In this document: piece by piece, positions 38,410 to 49,033 of the stretch | Position numbering within the stretch: position 1 is the first letter of the stretch | Layout: every line of letters begins with the position of its first letter | Assembly: GCA_023664665.1 (NCBI GenBank) | Contig: JAMPEY010000007.1 | Location: 14,899 to 78,898 of the forward strand | Origin: Lachnoclostridium sp. | Lineage (GTDB): Bacteria > Bacillota > Clostridia > Lachnospirales > Lachnospiraceae | Direction of reading: 5' to 3' | DNA length: 64,000 bases | Made by a program: the position numbers and the translations under genes | Notes under the pieces: generated by a model | Databases searched by the model: none | What the model saw: the letters and a program-made list of their open reading frames with translations, nothing else | What the model was told of the DNA's origin: nothing

Positions 38410-38721
38410 CTAGTGACCCCAAACCTGAAAAGTAGCCGACACTATTTTTTCCACATCTTCCACGGATATATCTGCCGCTTCCGCCATTTCCTGAATACTG
38501 GCGCCGCCCTTTGTCTGCATGCGGACCACCGTATCCACTGCCTTCTTTGTGTACTCCTCCAAACCAAACTCTTCTCTGAGCGATGACATAGTTTCTTTTT
38601 CCTCCCTTTTATATTGCGTATTAGGCATTTGCGAAACTCTGGTTTTTGTAGAGTGTCGTTGTACAGATTGCACATTCCACCGCAGACGCGCTCTCGCTCC
38701 GTGAAAAACGCAGTGGTACAT
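38410..38721 (-). CDS. Small hypothetical protein; the real start is probably an internal Met (MPNTQYK or MSSLREEF)
   Basis: The ORF N-terminus overlaps a large palindromic terminator-like structure. The C-terminal 60 aa are acidic/helical. Confidence 0.25.
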   Translation of the reverse strand: MYHCVFHGARARLRWNVQSVQRHSTKTRVSQMPNTQYKREEKETMSSLREEFGLEEYTKKAVDTVVRMQTKGGASIQEMAEAADISVEDVEKIVSATFQVWGH

Positions 38722-38762
38722 AAGATGCTAAAGTACAGCATCTAAGTACCAGCGTTTTTCAA
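38707..38762. terminator. Bidirectional terminator-like nested palindrome (GAAAAACGC..GTAC-n-GTAC..GCGTTTTTC) inside a larger ~140-bp inverted repeat (38655..38800)
   Basis: Directly read: outer arms TTGTACAGATTGCACATTCC / GGAACATGCAATCTGCACAA; inner stem flanked by A5/T5 runs. Confidence 0.45.
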
Positions 38763-38837
38763 GGGTCTGCTTGTGGAACATGCAATCTGCACAACTCGGT
38801 TTATGAAAGTTTGAGTTTCGCAATTACCTAATATTGC

Positions 38838-40493
38838 TTATTCGTCAAAATGAACCAATACATAACCGTCCTGAAGCGAGATAGAGCCTTCCGCGGGCCA
38901 TCCCGGCAGGGAATCCCCGATTTTCCGCGCCTGCTCTAAAATTTCCTTGTCAGAAACCGTGGAAAACTCATGCCCATGCATCTTAAGAAATGCAATCATC
39001 TCTCGATTCGTCCCGTCAAAGGCGTCAAAAGCCCATTGGATAAAAGGATACTGCGCCTCTCCGATAAAACAATAACCCTGAGGCTGGAAATACTTTTCCT
39101 TCAAATGTTCATCCACCAAATCCGTAATCCTCGCAATCATGCGGTACTGCCATGAACCGTACCCCACATAATAATCGGAAACAAATTCATAGGGTACGCT
39201 GTCATGCCCGGTAAATACCACAGGCAAATCGGTTCCGTAAGCCTTCTCCACCTCATATGCCACTTGGCTTAAGACCTCTCTGGTATATTCATATTTTTGA
39301 TAATCCTTGTAAAAATTTCTGTTCATCATGGCTGCCTGATTCCAAAGCAGCACAATGCCCAAAAAAGAAACCGCATACCTTAAGTAAGGAACGCTCTTTT
39401 TCTTCTGTTCAAACGCCCTGTAAATCATCAGCACGCCCGCTGCCGCAAAAAAGGGCAGATACTGGCAGGCGCGGTATAAAGTTATCTCAGCCGTGGCTAC
39501 CGTCAGAAGAAACGGGGTTATCAGCATGCCCGCAAACAAAACCGGATACCACAAATTTTTCTTTCGCACTGCCATGACTATGGCATAAACTCCCATACAG
39601 ATACAGGCAATCTCATAGACAGTAACCGGCAGATACACCAAAGCGTTGACATGGTACACCACCCAGAACCTCTTCACCAGCATAAAGAAATCAAGCAGTC
39701 CTTCTTTTCCCCGAAATAAGGTAAACATCTCTGTCAGACTTCTCTGGGGCAGAATACCTACCGCATCCTGCAATCCAAACAGCACAGTCATAAGCGGGAT
39801 GGTAATGCTGCGCAATACCACGCATCCTGCGCTCAATAGGGCGCCTGTTCCCAGATTTTTTGCCAGATGGGAAAAGGTCAGTTTATCCTTTCCCCCTGCT
39901 CCCCGAAGAAATACTATGAGCAAAATCCCCAAAATATACAAGATAATCAACGATTCGTAGCATCCTGAGGCAATCCATACAAACGCCATGCTGCCCAGAT
40001 ACGCCGACAGCTTCCCGCGTCCTGTCCTCTCCATGCCTTCCATAAAAGAAAGAAGCGCCAGCCCCGTCAAAACATAGCCTAAATCGACACCGTCATGATA
40101 ATAATAGATATATACCTCACTGAGAATGGGATTGGACAGAAAGACACAGGCAAACAGGGTATAGCCCCAAATTCCTGTCTCCTGCCCGAAAATTCTTCTC
40201 AGCAGAACCGCAAACAGCGTGACTCCCAGCATCAGAAGAAGCACTCCCACAAGTTCCAACATAAAGGGGGTAAAATCCGACAGATGAAACAGTTTATTCA
40301 CCAGAAAAACCGTCCATCTCCCCATTACAACTTCCAAGCCTTCTTCTAAATACAAGCTTACCGCCGTATCGTCAATCCCGATGCTATAGTGGGTAACGGC
40401 AAATCCATAACTGCATGCCGCGGTCAGACACAGCATTACCATATATGTCTTCTGACGCCAGAACCAACCGATTTCCTGTAATAAACGCTTCAC
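38838..40493 (-). CDS. Polytopic membrane protein, putative GtrC-like glucosyltransferase (Glucos_trans_II-like), paralog 1
   Basis: ~10 TM helices, N-terminus MKRLLQEI.W....Y..ML.L....YGFA.T.YSIGIDDTAV, soluble C-terminal ~130 aa domain. Confidence 0.4.
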   Translation of the reverse strand: MKRLLQEIGWFWRQKTYMVMLCLTAACSYGFAVTHYSIGIDDTAVSLYLEEGLEVVMGRWTVFLVNKLFHLSDFTPFMLELVGVLLLMLGVTLFAVLLRRIFGQETGIWGYTLFACVFLSNPILSEVYIYYYHDGVDLGYVLTGLALLSFMEGMERTGRGKLSAYLGSMAFVWIASGCYESLIILYILGILLIVFLRGAGGKDKLTFSHLAKNLGTGALLSAGCVVLRSITIPLMTVLFGLQDAVGILPQRSLTEMFTLFRGKEGLLDFFMLVKRFWVVYHVNALVYLPVTVYEIACICMGVYAIVMAVRKKNLWYPVLFAGMLITPFLLTVATAEITLYRACQYLPFFAAAGVLMIYRAFEQKKKSVPYLRYAVSFLGIVLLWNQAAMMNRNFYKDYQKYEYTREVLSQVAYEVEKAYGTDLPVVFTGHDSVPYEFVSDYYVGYGSWQYRMIARITDLVDEHLKEKYFQPQGYCFIGEAQYPFIQWAFDAFDGTNREMIAFLKMHGHEFSTVSDKEILEQARKIGDSLPGWPAEGSISLQDGYVLVHFDE

Positions 40494-40522
40494 TCCGATA
40501 AATACCTCTCTGTTTTAAAACG

Positions 40523-42172
40523 CTACAACTTTACCAAAACATAACCGTTCTGCAGGGAAATAGAGCCTTCCTGCGGCCAGCGGGGCATAGTCTCCCCGAT
40601 TTCTCTGGCTCTCTTTATTTCCTCTTTATCCGCTATGGTTGTGAAGGAATAGCCGTGCATTTCCAGAAACCGGATCAGCTCACGGTTTGTACCGTCAAAG
40701 GCGTCAAATCCCCAGCGTATCATGGGCAGATTTTTCTCCCCGATAAAGCAATATCCCTGAGGTTCAAAATATTTTTCCTTCAAATGCTCATCCACCAAAT
40801 CCGTAATTCCCGCAATCATACGATATTGCAGGGAATCATAACCCACATAATAATCCTTCATAAATTCATAAGGCAGCTCATACTCTCCCACCAGCACAAG
40901 GGGTACTTCCCTGCCATACTGCTTTTCCACATCATAAGCAATTCCCGTAAGCGTCTCTTTTGTCAGTTCATACTCCCTATAATCCATATAGAAATCCCGA
41001 TTCATCATAAACGCCTGATTGTATATCAGAATTACTCCCCCGAAAACCGCTGCATATCTCCAATATCTGCTATATTTCCACTGTCCGAATGCCCGATAAA
41101 GCAACAGCATCCCCAGTGCGGCAAAAAAAGGTAAATATTGGCAGGAACGATAAAAGGTTACATGTGCCTCTATCATTGTCAGCAAAAAAGGAGTAATCAA
41201 CATTCCCACAAACAGAACCGGATACCATATATTTTTCTTCCGCAGGGCCGCTGCAACCGCATAAATCCCCACACAGACACAGGCAAGCTCGTATACCGTA
41301 ATCGGCAGATAAACCAATGCATTAACATGATATACCAGCCAAAATCTCTTTATCAGCATAAAAAATTCCGATAAACCTTCTCTTCCCCGAAACAATTCCG
41401 ACATCTCGAAGAGGCTCCTTCTTGCCGACACACTCTCCATATTCTGCAATTGAAAAATCATTGTCATTGCTTCAAGGATAACATTGCGCAAAAGGATGCT
41501 GCCCACGCTCAGCAGTGCTCCGATTCCAAGATGCTTCGCCACATGGAGAAAAGTCAGTTTTTCCTTTCCCGTCATTCCCCTGAGAAACAAAATGACTAAA
41601 ATTCCCAAAATATACAAAATCAGGAAAGATTCGTAGCATCCTACCGCAGCCCATATAAACAGCATACTTCCCAGATAACTCCACAATTTTTCGCGCCCCT
41701 TTGCCTGTTCCATCCCATCCATAAAGAACATCAGGGCAAGCGCAGTCAAAATATAGCCCAAATCCACACCTGTATGGTAATAATATACATATATTTTACT
41801 TATCATGGGATTGGACAAAAACATGCAGGCAAAAAGAATATATCCCCAAATTCCTACCTTCTCGCCAAAAATCCTTTTCAATAGGACGGCAAATAAAGTA
41901 ACACCCAGCATCAAAAGAAGAACCCCTGCCAACTCCATCATAAAGGGCGTAAAATCCGACATGTGAAACAGCTTGTTTATCAAAAATACGGTCCATCTTC
42001 CCCTAACTACGGTCAATCCATCCTCCAGATACAATCCTACGGCAGTATCATCAATGCCGATGCTGTAACCGGTGATTGCAAATCCATATCCGCACAGGGC
42101 GGTAAGGCACAACATCGCCACATATATTTTTTGATGTAAAAACCAAGTGATTTCCCGTGATAGGCGTTTCAT
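40523..42172 (-). CDS. Polytopic membrane protein, putative GtrC-like glucosyltransferase, paralog 2 (tandem duplicate)
   Basis: Collinear with and ~60-65% identical to 38838..40493 over the full length. Confidence 0.4.
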   Translation of the reverse strand: MKRLSREITWFLHQKIYVAMLCLTALCGYGFAITGYSIGIDDTAVGLYLEDGLTVVRGRWTVFLINKLFHMSDFTPFMMELAGVLLLMLGVTLFAVLLKRIFGEKVGIWGYILFACMFLSNPMISKIYVYYYHTGVDLGYILTALALMFFMDGMEQAKGREKLWSYLGSMLFIWAAVGCYESFLILYILGILVILFLRGMTGKEKLTFLHVAKHLGIGALLSVGSILLRNVILEAMTMIFQLQNMESVSARRSLFEMSELFRGREGLSEFFMLIKRFWLVYHVNALVYLPITVYELACVCVGIYAVAAALRKKNIWYPVLFVGMLITPFLLTMIEAHVTFYRSCQYLPFFAALGMLLLYRAFGQWKYSRYWRYAAVFGGVILIYNQAFMMNRDFYMDYREYELTKETLTGIAYDVEKQYGREVPLVLVGEYELPYEFMKDYYVGYDSLQYRMIAGITDLVDEHLKEKYFEPQGYCFIGEKNLPMIRWGFDAFDGTNRELIRFLEMHGYSFTTIADKEEIKRAREIGETMPRWPQEGSISLQNGYVLVKL

Positions 42173-42354
42173 GCAAATGATATTCCTCTCAAATATATTT
42201 AAAAGCTTTTGCGCATGGTTTCATTGTACCACATTTCCCTCATTTCAACAATCACAAAAAAACAACCGGGAACCTTCGAGATTTCCCGGCTGTTTTTCTT
42301 ATTCCTGTCTCTTTCTGTCAATCCTGTGCTTTTCAACTTACATGATTCGCAGTC

Positions 42355-44171
<1,817 letters not shown>

Positions 44172-44182
<11 letters not shown>

Positions 44183-44459
44183 ATATTGCCAAGATGTCAC
44201 TCTGTCTTACAATAATATATTCTTCCTCTTCCAGCTTCACTTCCGTGCCTGCGTACTTAGAGAAAATAACTTTATCTCCTGCCTTGACTTCCATCTTGAT
44301 TTCCTTGCCGTCAACCACACCGCCGGGGCCTACTGCGATTACTTCCGCCTGCTGGGGTTTCTCTTTACTCTGTCCGGGCAAAACAATACCGGATTTGGTT
44401 GTGTCTTCCGCCACCATCTGTTTCAATACCACTCTGTCGCCTAAAGGTACTAATTTCAT
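44172..44459 (-). CDS. groS: Co-chaperonin GroES
   Basis: [13 protein letters not shown] ... 95 aa. Confidence 0.96.
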
Positions 44460-44494
44460 AAATCATGCCTCCTTAATCATCACTTTGCTGTTTG

Positions 44495-44521
44495 TTAGCA
44501 CTCTTTGCATTCGAGTGCTAA
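44495..44521. promoter_or_regulatory. CIRCE operator (HrcA binding site): TTAGCACTC-N9-GAGTGCTAA, perfect
   Basis: Exact consensus 36 nt upstream of the groES ATG. Putative promoter TTGCCA-17-TAATAT at 44534..44562 on the minus strand. Confidence 0.9.
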
Positions 44522-44751
44522 TCACTAAAACATATATTAGTTTTATATGTAAAACTTGGCAAACGCATTCACGCTCCATTAAATTTTATTTTCTTCTGTT
44601 TTCTTTTGTTTACTCTCTTTTTCTCTTATTTTCTTACTTCAATGTCAAAAAGCAGATTTTATATTTCCTTTATAATTTAGGACTTACGCCAGTAATATTT
44701 TGTACACAGCAGGACCACTGTAGGTGCCTGCAAAATCGGTTGTCCTCCCAT

Positions 44752-44782
44752 AAAAAAACGGCAGCCTGTGAACAGGCTGCCG
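44752..44782 (-). terminator. Rho-independent terminator of the 44791..45840 gene
   Basis: CGGCAGCCTG-ttca-CAGGCTGCCG followed by TTTTTTTA on the minus strand, 9 nt after the stop. Confidence 0.65.
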
Positions 44783-44790
44783 CGCTTTTC

Positions 44791-45840
44791 TTAATTGCCG
44801 AAAGGACCCGCGGAACCGATTTTCACCATGGTTCCCTTGATGTCCTGTTCGTAAACCCTGTTGCGTATCGTGGGCACCGCTCCCAGCAGCAGGAATACAT
44901 AAATCATAACCAGATTGAGAACATAGGACGACATGAGTTCTTCTCTGAAAACATCAAAAACCATCGTGGGCACCATCCGGTAACAGTCAAATAGATTGAA
45001 CCCCCAATCTCCCAACCCGGCTTGCGTAAGAAGCTTGATTGCCCAGTCCAGCTGATTGCCGAAATAGGTCATGACCATCATGATCACGAAACCGATGACC
45101 ACTCCCTTTTTCGTCAGCTTGCCTCCCAGCTTCTCATAGCCCTTCAACACGCCGATTGCCATCACTACGCCGGAAATAGACGCCACATATCCGAACGACC
45201 CCAGCAACACGATGCAGAGCACACCCAAAAGGGAACCGAGAAGCGCTCCCACAACGCCGCCGATGACATTTTCTTTTTTCTGCTGTTCCTGCTGCGCCAA
45301 TACCGTCAAATTACCGCGCATTCCCGTCTCACATTCCTCACACACCTGAAAATAGGAATTTACCAGACGATAACCGGAAACCTCTCCCGGTCTTCCGCAG
45401 GAGGCGCAGCAGGATACAAACCCTTTTTGACGCAGGAAACCCGTGAAAGCGCCCAGCGCCTCCCCCAGACTTTCTTTCAGCTTCTCGGCGTTTGCCTGAT
45501 TTTTCATATAAGCAATCACGCTGTTGTTCTTCTGTTCACACCTTGCAATGGGCTTGACCGACTTGGCGAATGTCTTCAAATCCGCCGCACTCAGCGCTCC
45601 GCCGTATTCGTTTCTTGCCGAAACATAAATACACAGCATATAGGGATAGGAACTGTTCGGCGCATAGACCATAACCTGATATTCATTCTTATATCCGTAC
45701 AGTACATCGTTGGCGGCATCATAAGACAACCCCACCGCCATCGCCAACATGGCATATTTCTCCGAATATTTACTCATTTCAAACTTATCCTCCGCATACA
45801 ACAGGAACCGCTTTGCAAACCCTGTTGTCATGTATCGCAA
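44791..45840 (-). CDS. Hypothetical protein: N-terminal soluble domain, CxxC...CxxC zinc ribbon, C-terminal 3-4 TM helices
   Basis: CCASCGRPG...CEEC motif. Gly-rich TM region. No recognisable family. Confidence 0.4.
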   Translation of the reverse strand: MRYMTTGFAKRFLLYAEDKFEMSKYSEKYAMLAMAVGLSYDAANDVLYGYKNEYQVMVYAPNSSYPYMLCIYVSARNEYGGALSAADLKTFAKSVKPIARCEQKNNSVIAYMKNQANAEKLKESLGEALGAFTGFLRQKGFVSCCASCGRPGEVSGYRLVNSYFQVCEECETGMRGNLTVLAQQEQQKKENVIGGVVGALLGSLLGVLCIVLLGSFGYVASISGVVMAIGVLKGYEKLGGKLTKKGVVIGFVIMMVMTYFGNQLDWAIKLLTQAGLGDWGFNLFDCYRMVPTMVFDVFREELMSSYVLNLVMIYVFLLLGAVPTIRNRVYEQDIKGTMVKIGSAGPFGN

Positions 45841-45872
45841 GCTTCTGCCTGCGATACTTCTACCAACAAAAT

Positions 45873-45973
45873 GAAGAATCCGCTTGCGGATTCTTCGCGG
45901 AATGACTTAGATTTTCCATGCGCTCCAGCGCTATGGGTTGGATACCTTCCAACCTTAGAAAATCTTCATTCCG
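45873..45973. repeat. Compound palindromic element, near-identical to 12252..12333, abutting the stop codon of 45974..46642
   Basis: GAAGAATCCGCTTGCGGATTCTTC plus a long inverted repeat ending CCTTAGAAAATCTTCATTCCG. Confidence 0.7.
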
Positions 45974-46642
45974 TTAACACTTAATTTCCAGATAGCCCAG
46001 CAGCTTGCTTGTGTCATACTCCTCCAGCACGCCCAGATTGGAATCATAGAACTTGCCGTCATAGTGTACCAGATAATGGCAGAAACGCCCCATCTTTTCC
46101 ATTAAAATCGCGCACTTGGGAAGCACGGTGTCCCGTCCCTCGGTGTACACGATGATATCCGTATGGTCAATTCCGTAATAGTTTAATGCGGAAATCACGC
46201 GCCCCATAGTTGCCTGCCACTCCCTGCAGTCCATAACGCTGATCACTTCGGCAATGGTCACGCCTGCCAGCATAGCCACACAGGACTGTCCGCAAAGTCC
46301 GTCCTCGGGCTGAATGATGACATCAATACCATCAATCTTGCGAATAGGATTCTCAAAACTGTAAGGGCTGTTCTGATCCATGCGGATCAGGGAACCGTTT
46401 ACATGCAGCAGAATCTTGTGGGGAACACCCAGCTCTACATTCACTTTGGATTCGTCCGCTATATGAATCTCATAATTTCCCTTCTCCTTGGGATGCAGTT
46501 CGCAGTCGATAATCTTATTGTCAAGCACTACATCGCCGATGATGACTTCTCTCTGCTTACACACCTCCCATACATTGAAAGGTATCTGGATTGTGTAACC
46601 CTGATCTTTCTTTTCTACCGTGGATTCAAAAAAATATCTCAT
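45974..46642 (-). CDS. Hypothetical protein: DUF1905-like N-terminal beta domain plus C-terminal papain/C39-like cysteine-peptidase-like domain
   Basis: DGLCGQSCVAMLAGV (Gln...Cys as in C39 QxxxxxCGxAC) and a downstream HYLVHYDG His. The N-terminal ~90 aa resemble DUF1905. Confidence 0.3.
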   Translation of the reverse strand: MRYFFESTVEKKDQGYTIQIPFNVWEVCKQREVIIGDVVLDNKIIDCELHPKEKGNYEIHIADESKVNVELGVPHKILLHVNGSLIRMDQNSPYSFENPIRKIDGIDVIIQPEDGLCGQSCVAMLAGVTIAEVISVMDCREWQATMGRVISALNYYGIDHTDIIVYTEGRDTVLPKCAILMEKMGRFCHYLVHYDGKFYDSNLGVLEEYDTSKLLGYLEIKC

Positions 46643-46736
46643 GTCTTCGTTCCTCCATTCCGGCGCTGCGCGCCTGTGTTATTTATTTTAACAAATTTTG
46701 CTATCATTGAAAACCATTTTTTGAAAAGTTTTTTAT

Positions 46737-48086
46737 CTAAATCCCTAACAGCATGCCTGCCACCTGAAAATAAACCAGAAGCGACAGCGCGTCCACGATA
46801 GTAGTGATAAAAGGACTCGCCATCACCGCCGGGTCAAACCCCAGCTTCTTGGCTCCGATGGGCAGGATACAACCCACCAGCATAGCCATCAGCACCGCTA
46901 CCACCAGAGTAAGGCACACTACCAAAGATACCGTAAGACCCACCCTGTCAAAAAGCATCAGCTTTGCAAAATTTGCCGCCGCCAGCGACACTCCGCACAA
47001 AAGCGCCACACGGATTTCCTTCCAGACTACCCCCGGCACATCCCTGTATGCAATCTCCCCCAGAGATAATCCGCGGATAACCGTAACGCTCGCCTGCCCT
47101 CCCGCATTGCCTCCCGTGTCCATCAGCATGGGGATAAACGCAATCAGAGAAGCATATACGCTGAGCGCCTCCTCAAAGGAAGTGATGATGGCTCCCGTAA
47201 AGGTTGCCGACACCATCAGAAGCAGCAGCCACGGAATCCTTTTCTGATAGGTTTCCCATACGGAGGTCTTCATATAAGGCTTGTCGCTGGGCACGATAGC
47301 CGCCATTTTTTCCATATCCTCCGTGGTCTCTTCCTCCATGATATCCACCACATCGTCCACGGTGATGATGCCTACCAGACGGTTTTCATTATCCACCACC
47401 GGCATGGAAGTAAAATCATATTTCTGGAACTGCCTTGCAACCTCCTCCTGATCCATCAGGGTATGGATGGCAATGACATTTTCATGCATGATCTCTCCGA
47501 TGATTTCGTCTCCCCCGCTCAACAAAAGATACCGAAGCGCCACGGTTCCCAACAGCTTTCTCTGCGCATCCAGCACATAGCAGATATTGATGGTTTCCGA
47601 ATCCACCCCAACCTTACGGATGCGCTCAATCGCCTGATTCACGGTGAGATTTTCCTTCAAATCCACATACTCCACCGTCATGATGCTTCCGGCGGAATCC
47701 TCCGGATAACGCAGCAAATGGTTAATATCCCTGCGGGTATCGGGACTGGCATTTGCAAGCAGCCTTTTTACGATATTGGCGGGCATCTCCTCCAAAAGGT
47801 CTGTGGCATCGTCCGCCATCAGATTATTGATGATGTTGGCAGCCTCCTTTTCGGAGAGGGAAGTAATGATCGTCTGCTGGTTGTCCACTTCCAGATAGGA
47901 GAAAATATCCGCCGCCAAATCCTTGGGAAGAATGCGGAAAACCTTTAACATATCTTCTTTTTCCAATTCCTCCATCATGCCTGCGATATCCGCGTCATTC
48001 AGCTCTGCCAGATATTGGCGCAGCTTTGTGTACTGCTTTGTCCGAAGAAGCTCCAAAAGCTCCTCAAAATCCTTTACTTTTTCCAT
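46737..48086 (-). CDS. mgtE: Magnesium transporter MgtE
   Basis: MgtE_N, CBS pair and C-terminal 5-TM domain with GNAGGQ motif. Confidence 0.9.
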   Translation of the reverse strand: MEKVKDFEELLELLRTKQYTKLRQYLAELNDADIAGMMEELEKEDMLKVFRILPKDLAADIFSYLEVDNQQTIITSLSEKEAANIINNLMADDATDLLEEMPANIVKRLLANASPDTRRDINHLLRYPEDSAGSIMTVEYVDLKENLTVNQAIERIRKVGVDSETINICYVLDAQRKLLGTVALRYLLLSGGDEIIGEIMHENVIAIHTLMDQEEVARQFQKYDFTSMPVVDNENRLVGIITVDDVVDIMEEETTEDMEKMAAIVPSDKPYMKTSVWETYQKRIPWLLLLMVSATFTGAIITSFEEALSVYASLIAFIPMLMDTGGNAGGQASVTVIRGLSLGEIAYRDVPGVVWKEIRVALLCGVSLAAANFAKLMLFDRVGLTVSLVVCLTLVVAVLMAMLVGCILPIGAKKLGFDPAVMASPFITTIVDALSLLVYFQVAGMLLGI

Positions 48087-48120
48087 AACTATCCTCCATG
48101 CCGGAACCCTTTAGCGTTAT

Positions 48121-48777
48121 TCATTCCGCTTTACAATTCCGCATATCTATGAAGTACAGCTTCCGCAGTTCTTCCACTTTTGCCCTTCCCATGGTGGCAT
48201 CCGCCAAATCCTTGCACATTTTGTCCTTTAACGGTATGGGAATGCGGATTTTTAACAAAACCTCTTCCCCATACGCACTCTCGAAGGGCTCGATTCCCTG
48301 CCTCTCCAAAAGATACAGAACCTTGCCCACTCCGTTATAGTCCGTCTCTATCTTAAGTTCGCATCCATATCGCATCATTCCCGTTTCACAGGCGTTTAAG
48401 CCTTCTTTTACCGCCTGGGTATACGCCCTTACCAAACCGCCCGTTCCAAGCAGCGTGCCGCCGAAATATCTTGTGACCACTACCGCCACATTGCGCATGC
48501 CCTCCGCAAGAAGCGTCTCCAGCATGGGTCTTCCGGCAGTCCCGCTGGGTTCTCCGTCATCACTGCATCTGGTTATCTCACCCCTTGCGCCGATTACAAA
48601 CGCCGAACAGTTGTGGGTGGCATCCCAATATTTCTTTTTCATCTCCTCTATAAATGCCGCCGCTTCCTCTTCCGTCTCACATTTTCGCACCGTGGCAAGG
48701 AATCTGGATTTCTTCTCCACAATTTCCCCCTGCCCTCCGGACAGCAGCACCTTATACTCGTTTGCCTGATTATCCAT
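48121..48777 (-). CDS. yigZ: YigZ / IMPACT family protein (UPF0029), start at internal MDNQ
   Basis: HNCSAFV and DDGEPSGTAGRPML signature. Confidence 0.8.
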   Translation of the reverse strand: MDNQANEYKVLLSGGQGEIVEKKSRFLATVRKCETEEEAAAFIEEMKKKYWDATHNCSAFVIGARGEITRCSDDGEPSGTAGRPMLETLLAEGMRNVAVVVTRYFGGTLLGTGGLVRAYTQAVKEGLNACETGMMRYGCELKIETDYNGVGKVLYLLERQGIEPFESAYGEEVLLKIRIPIPLKDKMCKDLADATMGRAKVEELRKLYFIDMRNCKAE

Positions 48778-49033
48778 TCCCGCTTCCTTTTCCTTACCGC
48801 CATGCCGCAGATTATCTTTATAAAAGTGTAGCATAATCTTCCAAAAATGTGAAACAATTATTAAATAAAGAAAGAAAAACTTTCCATAGATGACAATATT
48901 TGGTATAATATAGCTTGCAAAGCGTACATCAAAGCTCCATACAAACATACCTGTCAGTCACACATGCTTTGCATATCTGCATACTTTGCATATCTGCATA
49001 ATTTGCATATCTGCAAAGAGAAAGGCGAACTAC

